Shown here piece after piece: positions 1 to 8,884 of a stretch of DNA of 64,000 nt (the first letter of the stretch is position 1; every line of letters begins with the position of its first letter). The notes under the pieces are model-generated. The model was not told where the DNA came from. It saw only the letters and a program-made list of their open reading frames with translations, and searched no databases. Made by a program: the position numbers and the translations under genes. The DNA comes from an uncultured Bacteroidia bacterium (lineage in GTDB: Bacteria > Bacteroidota > Bacteroidia > Bacteroidales > UBA932). The stretch is from positions 628 through 64,627 of the forward strand of contig CADBYT010000011.1 of NCBI GenBank assembly GCA_902798975.1, read 5' to 3'.

Positions 1-1895
1 GAGCCGAAGAAGAAGAGCACGATACCCGTCAGGAGGGTGGTCACCTGGCCGTCGATGATGGCGGAGTAGGCGTTCTTGTAACCGTCGGCGACGGCCTTGC
101 CCAGACCCTTGCCGGCCTTGAGCTCTTCCTTGATGCGCTCATAGATGATCACGTTGGCATCCACGGCCATACCCAGGGTCAGGACGAGACCGGCGATACC
201 CGGCAGCGTCAGCACAGCGCCGAAGGCGGACAGGGTGCCGAAGAGGAGCACGACGTTGGACAGCAGCGCGATGTCGGCGGCGATACCGGCTCCCTGGTAG
301 AAGAAGAGCATGTAGAGCAGCACGAGGCAGAACGCGATCAGGAAGGAAATGAGACCGGCGCGGATGGACTCGGCACCGAGGGACGGACCGACGACCTGCT
401 CCTGGACGATCGTAGCCGGGGCGGGAAGCTTACCGGACTTGAGGACGTTGGTAAGGTCGGTGGCCTCGTCGATGGTGAAGTTGCCGGTGATGGAGGAAGA
501 ACCGCCGGTGATTTCGGTCTGGACGGTCGGGTAGGAATACACGGTGCCGTCGAGCACGATGGCGACCTGGCGGTCGATGTTCTCCTTGGTCAGGCGAGCC
601 CAGATGTTGGCGCCCTCGGCGTTCATCGTCATGGACACGCCCGGGTTGCCGCCGCGACGCTGGTCGTAGTCGACATGGGCGTCGGTCACGACACCGCCGT
701 CGAGCGGGGCCTTGCCGTCACGGGACGTAGCCTTGATGGCGACGAGCTCGTAGATATTGTCGCTCTGCATGTAGGAGGACGGCTGGACGGACCACATCGG
801 GCGGAACTCCGCCGGGAACACAGCCTCGATCTCCGGCATGTGGAGGTATTTGTTGATCTGGGCGGTATCCGCAGCGGCGGCGAAGGCGATGCAGGCATTG
901 CCGCGCATGCCGGAGGGGCTCAGGATTGCATAGAGCGGATTGGCCTTGCGGGCGGCGGCCATGTTGGCGTCCTCGGAGGCGGCGTTCTGGGCCTGCAGCT
1001 CCTGGGACACGGCGTCGGTCGCTTCCGGAGCGGCTTCGGCCTCAGGCGCGGCGGTCTCGCCGGCGGACAGGATCTCCGCCAGGCGGGTGTTGGCCTCGTC
1101 GAGGTAGGAAGCCATCTCGTCGTAGGTGAACGTAGGCCAGAACTCGAGGGAAGCGGTGCCCTGGAGCAGCTTGCGCACGCGCTCCGGCTCCTTCACGCCC
1201 GGGAGTTCCACGAGGATGCGGCCGGTGTTGCCGATCTTCTGGATGGACGGCTGCGTGACACCGAAACGGTCGATACGGTTGCGCAGGACGTTGAAGGAGT
1301 TCGCCACGGCGCTCTCCGCTTCTTCCTTGATCACGGTGATGACCTGCTCGTCGGTAGACTCCGGCTTGATGCGGTCGCGCATCTCATACGTACCGAAAAT
1401 CTGGGCGAGGCGGGTGCCGGGGGCAACCTCCTTCCAGGCCTCAGCGAACAGGGTGATGAAGTCGGACTGGGAATTGACGCTGCGCTCCTTGGCCAGGGAA
1501 ATGGCCTTCTGGAACTCCGGCGTCTGGTTGCCTCCGGCCAGCGCGCGGACGAGGTCCTCGAGCTGAACCTGCAGCATGACGTTCATACCGCCCTTGAGGT
1601 CGAGGCCGAGGTTGATTTCCTGGTTCTGAACCTGCTTGAAAGAATAACCCAAATAAACTTTCTCGCCGGAGATGGAATCCGTGTAACGACGGGTTTCGAT
1701 CTTCCGGATGGAATCGAGATAGAAAGCACGGTCCGCCTCGGCGATGGCGTTGAGGTCGGCTGCCATGGCAATCTGCTCAGCGCGCTGGGCGGCCTTCTTG
1801 TTCTGAATGGCCGTCACCGCGGTGAAAGACAGCTGCCAGAGGCAGGCGAGCAGGAGGCAGATCGTGACGAATCTGATAGCACCTTTGCTTTGCAT
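1..1895 (-). CDS. secDF: Protein translocase subunit SecDF (5' part; runs off the window start)
   Basis: Manual translation from ATG 1895: MQSKGAIRFVTICLLLACLWQLSFT..., INLGLDLKGGMNV, LRNRIDRFGVTQP, LKSGKLPAP, GPSLGAESI, TLPGIAGLVLTLGMAVDANVIIYERIKEE. Absent from the ORF track because it has no stop in the window. Confidence 0.95.
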   Translation of the reverse strand, partial: MQSKGAIRFVTICLLLACLWQLSFTAVTAIQNKKAAQRAEQIAMAADLNAIAEADRAFYLDSIRKIETRRYTDSISGEKVYLGYSFKQVQNQEINLGLDLKGGMNVMLQVQLEDLVRALAGGNQTPEFQKAISLAKERSVNSQSDFITLFAEAWKEVAPGTRLAQIFGTYEMRDRIKPESTDEQVITVIKEEAESAVANSFNVLRNRIDRFGVTQPSIQKIGNTGRILVELPGVKEPERVRKLLQGTASLEFWPTFTYDEMASYLDEANTRLAEILSAGETAAPEAEAAPEATDAVSQELQAQNAASEDANMAAARKANPLYAILSPSGMRGNACIAFAAAADTAQINKYLHMPEIEAVFPAEFRPMWSVQPSSYMQSDNIYELVAIKATSRDGKAPLDGGVVTDAHVDYDQRRGGNPGVSMTMNAEGANIWARLTKENIDRQVAIVLDGTVYSYPTVQTEITGGSSSITGNFTIDEATDLTNVLKSGKLPAPATIVQEQVVGPSLGAESIRAGLISFLIAFCLVLLYMLFFYQGAGIAADIALLSNVVLLFGTLSAFGAVLTLPGIAGLVLTLGMAVDANVIIYERIKEELKAGKGLGKAVADGYKNAYSAIIDGQVTTLLTGIVLFFFG

Positions 1896-1933
1896 GATTA
1901 TGGTAAATTAAATATAATTCACAAAATAGCTCG

Positions 1934-1941
1934 CAAAGTTA
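1934..1941 (-). promoter_or_regulatory. Bacteroidetes -7 promoter element (TAacTTTG) for secDF
   Basis: Matches TAnnTTTG about 40 nt upstream of the secDF ATG. Confidence 0.6.
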
Positions 1942-1994
1942 GTATTTTTCTCAAAACAAAGAAACTTTCGGTGCTAAAATATAAATATGTGCCG

Positions 1995-2063
1995 GAGATT
2001 CGCCGGTCAAGCCGGCGAATGACGGGAAGGTCAAGCCGGCGAATGACGGAAGGTCAAGCCGGC
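1995..2063. repeat. CGTC-type REP-like palindrome plus two partial tandem copies
   Basis: GAGATTCGCCGG-TCAAG-CCGGCGAAT-GAC, then gggaaggtcaagccggcgaatgac and ggaaggtcaagccggc; abuts the ccsA stop codon. Confidence 0.85.
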
Positions 2064-3269
2064 CTATGCGTAGCTGTGGATGCCGCCCAGCAGCAGGTTC
2101 ACGCCATAATAGGTGACCAGCACCGCGAGGAAGGCGACGATGCAGAAAGCATGGAAGAAGCGCGGCTTGCGGAAGACCGGCAACGCGTCCCCGTGCAGGG
2201 GGAAGGAATACATCATCAGCGTGATGAGCGCCCAGGTCTCCTTCGGATCCCAGGACCAGTAGTTGCCCCAGGAAATGTTGGCCCACACGCCGCCCAGGAA
2301 GGTGCCGAAGGTCAGCAGGAACACGGCCGGATACAGCACCGACAGGCTCACGTTGCGCATGCGTTCCGATTTCTCCGCCGGCAGCAGCACGCCGATGATG
2401 CCGAGCACCGTGGTCAGGGCGAAGAGCGTGTAGCTGATGATGATGGGCACCACGTGAATGACCAGCAGCGGCGAGCGGAGGACCGGCATCAGATTCCCCT
2501 TCGGGAACACTTTCACCAGCCAGAGCACCAGCAGCGTGATGCTTCCGCCCACGAGCACCCAGGTCCAGATTTTCCGCTTCCGGCCGGGCTCCCTGCGCTT
2601 GCGAAGTGCCGCCCGCGCCGCCCGGAACGCGGAATCCGGGTCGAAGAAATAGGCGATCATGCAGGCGAGCAGCAGCAGGTAGCCGGCATAGGTGATCCCC
2701 ACGCCCCAGGGGTCGTGGCTGACGGCCAGGATGCTTCCCGCCCCGTCTTCGTCGTAGTCCGCCTGGTAGAAGCGGTAGCCGCCGCGCTTGAGGATGTGAT
2801 TCATGGAAATGGTGACCGGCTCGCCGTCGACGGCCACGGCGGAGATGTAGTCGGACGGCATGCGGGAGTCGGGATAATACTCGATGTCGAACGAATCCAG
2901 CCGGATGCTGAATGGGAGCTGGACGTCGTGCCCGTCATCCGCCTCGAAGGCGGAAAGCGTCTCGCCCTCGCGGAGGTGGATGCTGCCGCTCACGCCGCTC
3001 AGGTGCGTCACGAGCGCACCGGCGAGGATCAGCAGGAGCGCGACGTGCAGCAGCACGACGACCGGGCGCTTCCCGCTGCAGCGCAGCAGGTAAGCCATGC
3101 CGGCGACGGCCGTCACCGCCCAGAGGGCGAAGAATACGGGATGATGGTACACCGTCTGCGCTGCCGCGTCGGTGCCGTGGAGTTTCTCGATCACCGTGCC
3201 GGCCATCATCATCGCGATGACGGCCGCCACGGCGCCGTAGCTGAGTATCTTCAAAATCTTAGATTGCAT
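2064..3269 (-). CDS. ccsA: Cytochrome c biogenesis protein, compact ResB(CcsB)-CcsA fusion
   Basis: N-terminal ResB-like TMs (GTVIEK, LLHVALLLILAG, SMNHILKRGGYRFYQ); C-terminal WWD motif WGNYWSWDPKETW and terminal GIHSYA. Confidence 0.85.
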   Translation of the reverse strand: MQSKILKILSYGAVAAVIAMMMAGTVIEKLHGTDAAAQTVYHHPVFFALWAVTAVAGMAYLLRCSGKRPVVVLLHVALLLILAGALVTHLSGVSGSIHLREGETLSAFEADDGHDVQLPFSIRLDSFDIEYYPDSRMPSDYISAVAVDGEPVTISMNHILKRGGYRFYQADYDEDGAGSILAVSHDPWGVGITYAGYLLLLACMIAYFFDPDSAFRAARAALRKRREPGRKRKIWTWVLVGGSITLLVLWLVKVFPKGNLMPVLRSPLLVIHVVPIIISYTLFALTTVLGIIGVLLPAEKSERMRNVSLSVLYPAVFLLTFGTFLGGVWANISWGNYWSWDPKETWALITLMMYSFPLHGDALPVFRKPRFFHAFCIVAFLAVLVTYYGVNLLLGGIHSYA

Positions 3270-3398
3270 CAATGAAAGCGATTACCGCCTCGCGGTCGGA
3301 GGTGGAAAGATAGTAAAATTTTTCCGTAGCCGGATACGCATCGCTCTGTGGGAATAGCGATAGACATTGTCGCTGTAACCGTACGAACAAAACCGCTG

Positions 3399-3406
3399 CA
3401 AAGATA
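3399..3406 (-). promoter_or_regulatory. -7 promoter element (TAtcTTTG) for ccsA, implying a ~125-nt leader
   Basis: Exact TAnnTTTG match upstream of a hairpin-rich 5' region. Confidence 0.6.
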
Positions 3407-3454
3407 CACCGGTGCCGCCGGGTGGTCAATCCCCTTTTTTGGTGAAAATACGCC

Positions 3455-3492
3455 CCCGGGCCGCATCCCCATAAATGAGGATACGGCCCGGG
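3455..3492 (-). terminator. Hairpin downstream of GH77, probable terminator of the PUL enzyme operon
   Basis: Minus strand CCCGGGCCGTATCCTCAT-TT-ATGGGGATGCGGCCCGGG (G-U pairs work on this strand), then a short T tract. Confidence 0.55.
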
Positions 3493-3526
3493 TAAAAAGC
3501 TGTATTTCAGGTTATTGCTGAGGCGC

Positions 3527-5383
3527 TCAGCGGCCACCGTCCTTGACGAGGCCTTCGATGGTGGCGTTCAGCTCGCTCGCGTGCAGCAGCTCGCGGACGT
3601 CGAGATGCAGGCGGAAGCGCCAGTGGTGGTGCGGGTCGGCGGGCTGGTTGATGCGCTCGGCCATGCGGTCGGCGCGGCGTAGGCCCTTGTCCAGGGCCAG
3701 CCAGTCCTGCAGCGGGAAGATGGCGAGCATCGACGGCGAATTCAGGAATTCGCCCAGCATATACTTCACCTCCCACGGCTCCGGATCGTGGTCGCACTGC
3801 ATGCGCAGGGTTTCCATGTCGTGGCTCGACGTGGCGCAGACGGACAGGTATTTCCATTCGCCTTCCTGCTCCATGCTGCGCATCTTCAGCGAGAGGATCT
3901 TCTCGTGGTCCATCACGCCCGGGACGCAGTCCGGCACCATGCCGAGGTCCTCACCGCAGGCGAGCATGCCCGTGGCGCCCAGCAGTTCGGGGAGCTTGCG
4001 CTCCGCGTTGCGGCGCCAGAACTCGTCGTGGCGGTGGTAGAAGAAGTCGTTGTAGAGGGCGCCGAAGCGCTCCTGCTGCCACTGCGGCAGGCTCGCGGAG
4101 GCGGGCGCGATCAGCGGCTGGTACATACCCGGATGGCGCGGATCGGGATGGAAGAGCCCCTCGATGGGCAGCTGCAGGGCATAGATTTCCTCCGGCGAAT
4201 ACGGCAGGGCCGGGTTGAAGTGGCCCATCATGCCGGAGGTGAACTCCTTCGGGATCTCCCAGATGCGGAAGAAGCCGAGGATGTGGTCGATGCGGAACGC
4301 GTCGAAGTAGCAGCTCATCTTGCGCAGGCGCGCCTTCCACCAGGCGAAGTCGTCCTTGGCCATCTCCTCCCAGTTGTAGGTCGGGAAGCCCCAGTTCTGG
4401 CCGTCCGTGCTGAAATAGTCGGGCGGGGCGCCGGTCGAGGAGTCGAGGTTGAAGAGCTCCGGGTGCCAGTAGGCCTCGGCGCTGTCGGCGCTCACGCCGA
4501 TGGGTAGGTCGCCCTTCAGGGAGATGCCCTTGGCGCGCGCGTAGTCCACTTCTTCGCAGAACTGCTTGTCCAGGTGGTACTGCATCCAGCAGTAGTATTC
4601 CGGCTCCAGCTTGTCGCGCCGGGCGCAGAATTCCGCGTACTCCGGCAGCCAGGCGGCATTCTCCTTCACGAACTTCTTATAGGCCGCGGAGGCCATGTCC
4701 TTGGCGCCGCGCGCCTCGAAGGCCTTGCGGATGTAGGCCATCTTGGCCTTGAACACCTTCGGGTAGTCGATCTCCGGCAGGGCGTTCAGCTCGGCCTGCT
4801 GCTTCTTGAAGGCTGCGTCGGCCTTGATGCCGAGCTCCTGCAGGTGGATGTAGAGCGGATGCAGCGCGAAGGTCGAAACCGGGCTGTACGGGTAGGAGTC
4901 CGCCCACTGTCCCTTGCGGGTGGTGTCGTTGACCGGCAGCAGCTGCAGGATGCACTGCCCCGTGGCGGCCGCCCAGTTCACCAGGGGCCGCAGGTCGCGG
5001 AATTCGCCGATGCCGAAGTCGTCGGCGGTGCGCAGGGAGAAGACCGGGATGGCCGTGCCCGCTCCGCGGAAACCGGGCTGGTCGAACTTCGCGGCCTGGT
5101 GCTCGCGCGGGAAGGGGCAGCCCGGGATCGGGCAGTCGATCCAGCGGTCCTGGATCGTCCGCGCCGCCTTGGCGCTGTGGTGGCTCCACTCCGTGCGGAC
5201 GATCAGGCCGTCGCGCATCACGACGTAGGTGTAGTCCTTGAGCGCCGCGGCGGGGCAGTCTTTGACGGACACGCTCCAAATCGCGCCCTCGCCCCACTCC
5301 ATGGGGTATTTCTTGTCCAGAAGGACCAGCGCGAGGCTCTCGCCCCACGCGGTCCGGTATTCGATATTGAATGTAACTGTCAT
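3527..5383 (-). CDS. malQ: 4-alpha-glucanotransferase (GH77, DPE2-like) with short N-terminal CBM20-like region
   Basis: GTAIPVFSLR, QLLPVND, SYPYSPVS, LKGDLPIGV, GAPPDYFS, GQNWGFPTYNW, RIDHILGFFRIW, GEDLG, HDM. Confidence 0.93.
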   Translation of the reverse strand: MTVTFNIEYRTAWGESLALVLLDKKYPMEWGEGAIWSVSVKDCPAAALKDYTYVVMRDGLIVRTEWSHHSAKAARTIQDRWIDCPIPGCPFPREHQAAKFDQPGFRGAGTAIPVFSLRTADDFGIGEFRDLRPLVNWAAATGQCILQLLPVNDTTRKGQWADSYPYSPVSTFALHPLYIHLQELGIKADAAFKKQQAELNALPEIDYPKVFKAKMAYIRKAFEARGAKDMASAAYKKFVKENAAWLPEYAEFCARRDKLEPEYYCWMQYHLDKQFCEEVDYARAKGISLKGDLPIGVSADSAEAYWHPELFNLDSSTGAPPDYFSTDGQNWGFPTYNWEEMAKDDFAWWKARLRKMSCYFDAFRIDHILGFFRIWEIPKEFTSGMMGHFNPALPYSPEEIYALQLPIEGLFHPDPRHPGMYQPLIAPASASLPQWQQERFGALYNDFFYHRHDEFWRRNAERKLPELLGATGMLACGEDLGMVPDCVPGVMDHEKILSLKMRSMEQEGEWKYLSVCATSSHDMETLRMQCDHDPEPWEVKYMLGEFLNSPSMLAIFPLQDWLALDKGLRRADRMAERINQPADPHHHWRFRLHLDVRELLHASELNATIEGLVKDGGR

Positions 5384-5396
5384 ATACTCTTTGGTT

Positions 5397-5423
5397 GAGA
5401 TTCCGGGTCAAGCCCGGAATGAC
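5397..5423. repeat. CGTC-type REP-like palindrome
   Basis: GAGATTCCGGG-TCAAG-CCCGGAAT-GAC; its last base is part of the GH97 stop codon. Confidence 0.85.
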
Positions 5424-7612
5424 TATAATTTCCTAAAGCTGACGGCAAACCCGCCGCCGGGGGCCATCGTGACGGGAAGGGTGGAGTCCGGCGTGACCTG
5501 CAGCTTTGTGATCACGTAGGCCTGAGGGTTCGTGCTGAAATGGGCATCCGCCGCGTCGGCGTACCAGGTCGCCTCATAGGTGCCCGGCTCCAGGAAGTCC
5601 AGTTTCACATCGAAACGCCGTTGCTCCCCGTCTGTCACGCCGCCGCAGAACCACTGGCCCGTGCCCTTGGCTTTGCGCGCCGCGATGATGTATTCCATCG
5701 GCTCGGCATAGAGGTAGCGGCTCTCGCTCCAATCCACAGCCACGTCCTTGATGAACTGGAAGGCGTCCATAAAGCGGCTGTAGTGCTCCGGCGTGTCGGC
5801 CGCCATCTGCAGCGGCGAGTACATCGTCAGGTACAGGCCCAGCTGCCCGCAGATGGTGGAATTGACGTACGAGTCGTTTCCGCACCAGTCCTTCAGGTTC
5901 TGCTCGAAGATACCCGGCGTGTAGTCCATCGGGCCGCCGTTGAGCCGGGTGAAGGGCAGGATGGCCGTATGGCCCGGCGTGATGCCGCCGAAGGCCTGGT
6001 ATTCCGTGCCCATCGCAGACTCGTTGCCGATCAGGTTGGGGTAGGTACGGCAGAGGCCTGTCGGGCGCACCGCCTCGTGGGCGTTCACCATGATATGGTG
6101 CTTCGCGGCCTCGGTGATGCAGTACAGGTAGTGGTTGATCATCCATTGGCTGTAGTGGTGCAGGCCCTGCGGGAGGATGTCGCCCACGTAGCCGGACTTC
6201 ACGGCGTCATAGCCGTAGCGGTTCATCAGCGAATAGGCCGCTTCCAGGTGGCGCTCGTAATTGCGTATACTGGATGAAGTTTCGTGGTGCATCACCAGGC
6301 GGATGCCCTTCTTGTGCGCGTAGGCGTTCAGCGCGTCAATATCAAAGTCAGGGTAAGGAGTCTGGAAATCAAAGACATAGTCCTTGTTGCAGTTGGCCCA
6401 TTCCTCCCAACCGATGTTCCAGCCCTCGATCAGCAGCGCGTCGAAGCCGTGCTCCGCCGCGAAATCAATATAGGCTCGCACGTGCGCGTTATTGGCGCTG
6501 TGGCGGCCGTTCGGCGTCGCTTGGGCGTAGTCGAAATCGTCCAGGTGGATGCCCACCGCGTCGGTGTAGGCCCAGGAGCCCGCGCCTGCGATCATCTCCC
6601 ACCACACGCCCATGTACTTGACCGGGTGGATCCAGCTCACGTCCTCCAGGGCGCAGGGCTCGTTAAGGTTGAGCACCAGGCGGGAGGAGAGCTGGTCCGT
6701 AGCCGAAGCGGCCACCTGCACGGTGCGCCAGGGCGTCCTGGCCGGGGCGGTCAGATTGCCCTTCCAGCCCTCGGCGTCAGGGGTAAGCCAAGCCCGGAGC
6801 GTATGCGCCGGCCCTTCCACGAGCAGGTGCATACAGGGATAGTCGACCAGCGCCGCTTCGTGGATGTTGACATACAGCCCTTCGGGCGTCTTCATCTGCA
6901 GGGAGGTCTGCACGCCGGAGGTGCTGAACGGCGTCTGGCTGCTGTTGTCGCGCAGCTTGTCATGAAAATGTGCCGCGACTTCCGACAGTTTCGTGCAGTT
7001 GTACTCATACTCCTGCGTGTCGTAGTCGCCGGGAATCCACCAGGCAGTCCAGTCGTCCGCACAGGCAAACTCCGTGAGCTCTTCCTGGATCACGAAGTGC
7101 ACAAGGCTTTGCCCGCCGGGGAATTCATAGCGGAAGCCCAGGCCATCGTCGAACAGGCGGAAACGGATGTCCAGCGCCCGCCCGCCGTCCGGCTGCCGCA
7201 GGTGGACCAGCAACTCGTTGTAGTGGTTGCGGATCTGCGATTCCTCGCCCCAGACCGGCTCCCAGACTTCGTCGAAGGAGTCCGTGTCCGTGCCCGCGAA
7301 TTCAAATCCGCGGTCGAAATCGACCGGGGGGACGGCGTCGCTCTTGAGGATGCGCCCGGTGTTGTCCTCGGCCAGCCTTTCAGCCTTCACGGTGCCGCGC
7401 AGCTTGAAGCCCAGGCGGCTGGGGAGCAGGACGTCAACCCCGTCGCGGGACAGCGCGTAATAGGGAACGCCGTCCGCGTCCAGGAAGAATTCCAGGCGCA
7501 GCGCGCCATCCGGGGAGGCAAGTTCCGCCTGCGGCTGCGGCGCAGGAGCAGGATGCGCACAGGCAGCCAGCAGGGCGGCGGCCAGGAAAGGTATCAGGTT
7601 TTTCGTACCCAT
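5423..7612 (-). CDS. susB: GH97 alpha-glucosidase/glucoamylase (SusB-like), lipoprotein signal
   Basis: KYMGVWWEM, LIEGWNIGWE, MHHET, VKSGYVG, AHEAVRPTGLCRTYPN, GPMDYTPG, YSPLQMAAD; lipobox LLAAC. Confidence 0.93.
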   Translation of the reverse strand: MGTKNLIPFLAAALLAACAHPAPAPQPQAELASPDGALRLEFFLDADGVPYYALSRDGVDVLLPSRLGFKLRGTVKAERLAEDNTGRILKSDAVPPVDFDRGFEFAGTDTDSFDEVWEPVWGEESQIRNHYNELLVHLRQPDGGRALDIRFRLFDDGLGFRYEFPGGQSLVHFVIQEELTEFACADDWTAWWIPGDYDTQEYEYNCTKLSEVAAHFHDKLRDNSSQTPFSTSGVQTSLQMKTPEGLYVNIHEAALVDYPCMHLLVEGPAHTLRAWLTPDAEGWKGNLTAPARTPWRTVQVAASATDQLSSRLVLNLNEPCALEDVSWIHPVKYMGVWWEMIAGAGSWAYTDAVGIHLDDFDYAQATPNGRHSANNAHVRAYIDFAAEHGFDALLIEGWNIGWEEWANCNKDYVFDFQTPYPDFDIDALNAYAHKKGIRLVMHHETSSSIRNYERHLEAAYSLMNRYGYDAVKSGYVGDILPQGLHHYSQWMINHYLYCITEAAKHHIMVNAHEAVRPTGLCRTYPNLIGNESAMGTEYQAFGGITPGHTAILPFTRLNGGPMDYTPGIFEQNLKDWCGNDSYVNSTICGQLGLYLTMYSPLQMAADTPEHYSRFMDAFQFIKDVAVDWSESRYLYAEPMEYIIAARKAKGTGQWFCGGVTDGEQRRFDVKLDFLEPGTYEATWYADAADAHFSTNPQAYVITKLQVTPDSTLPVTMAPGGGFAVSFRKL

Positions 7613-7621
7613 GACGTAAAG

Positions 7622-8884
7622 TTATAAAATTTTCCAACCCCACGGTTCCAGGGTGATGTTATTTTCTCCGATGACGATGTTGGCCGGTGCAGCGGAAAGG
7701 TTGGCATAGACCGTGACGGAATCGTCCTGCAGACTGCGGCGGAAGGCGAACACGTCTTCCGGCATATCGGGAATCAAGACGGCCGGGGCCCCTTTCTCTC
7801 CCGCCGCCAGGCAGGGATGGGCGTGCCGGAGAGCAACGAGCTCCCGGATAAAAGCGGTGTATTCGTTCGGACTCCAGTCGGTGATGGGGTCTTTCTCGAA
7901 GAATTCGAGACGGCGCGTGATTCCCACCTCCTGGCCCGTATAGACGAGCGGCTGGCCCTTCGGCAGGGTGAAGCAGAGCACTTCCATCACTTTGGCGGCA
8001 TCGCCCATCCGCTCGAATTCGCTGCCCGACCAGGAATTCTCGTCGTGGTTGGACGTGAACATCAGGCGGAACCCGTCGGTGCCCATCCAGGCGTCATCCT
8101 CGGCCAGATAATTCCGGAGATCCTGCACCGGTTTGGTGCCTTGCGCCACATCGTTGAGCAGGTGATGGAGCTTCCAGGCGTAAGTAGCGTCGAACGAGCC
8201 GGTCAGCTCGGGCGTCTCGGCCTCGGCCAGCAGGTAAATGTCCGGATAGTTCTGCCGGATGCCGGGAAGAATGCTTTTCCAGAAATTGGCTGGCACCTCA
8301 GCAGCCGCGTCGCAGCGGAAGCCGTCCACGCCCTTTTCCAGCCAGAAGCGCATACACTCGTCCTGGGCGGCCCAAACGTCGGTGTTCTCGTAGTTGAGAC
8401 TGCGCGTGTCGGTCCAGTCATATTCCCAGACGGCGTTGCCGAGCGAATCACGCTCGTAAAACCCGGCGGGCTTGTCGGTCATCCAGACATGGTCGGGCGC
8501 GGTCTGGTTGGCGACCCAGTCGAGAATGAGCCGGAAGCCGGCCTCATGGGCGGCGGCGAGCAGCGCCTCGAAGTCCTCCATCGTGCCGAATTCCGGATTG
8601 ACCTTGGTGTAGTCGGAAATGGCATAGTAGGAACCGAGGCTGCCCTTGCGTTCCTCTTTTCCGATTTCGTATATCGGCATCAGCCAGAGGATGTCCACGC
8701 CGAGGTCCTTGAGCCTCGGAAGCTGGGCTTCGACGCCCTTGAAGGTCCCTTCGGGAGAGAACTGGCGGACGTTGACTTCGTAGACGACCGTGTTGTAGGT
8801 CCAGGCTGGGTGCAGATCATGGCGCCTGCACGCTCCGGAAATGAGGGTGAGCGCTGCCAGCGCTACGATGATGATCCTTTTCAT
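7622..8884 (-). CDS. GH13 alpha-amylase family lipoprotein
   Basis: YEVNVRQFSPEGTF, LDWVANQT, GVDGFRCDAA, LAEAE, SNHDEN; lipobox ISGAC. Confidence 0.9.
   Translation of the reverse strand: MKRIIIVALAALTLISGACRRHDLHPAWTYNTVVYEVNVRQFSPEGTFKGVEAQLPRLKDLGVDILWLMPIYEIGKEERKGSLGSYYAISDYTKVNPEFGTMEDFEALLAAAHEAGFRLILDWVANQTAPDHVWMTDKPAGFYERDSLGNAVWEYDWTDTRSLNYENTDVWAAQDECMRFWLEKGVDGFRCDAAAEVPANFWKSILPGIRQNYPDIYLLAEAETPELTGSFDATYAWKLHHLLNDVAQGTKPVQDLRNYLAEDDAWMGTDGFRLMFTSNHDENSWSGSEFERMGDAAKVMEVLCFTLPKGQPLVYTGQEVGITRRLEFFEKDPITDWSPNEYTAFIRELVALRHAHPCLAAGEKGAPAVLIPDMPEDVFAFRRSLQDDSVTVYANLSAAPANIVIGENNITLEPWGWKIL

Noticed and set aside
1995-2063. Possible mini-CRISPR array (also 34996-35077 and 35255-35326)
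   Set aside because: Units are directly tandem with no unique spacers, and no cas genes are present.
675-3275. 866-aa plus-strand ORF
   Set aside because: Antisense shadow of secDF and ccsA; no recognisable motifs; it stays open across the REP array by chance.
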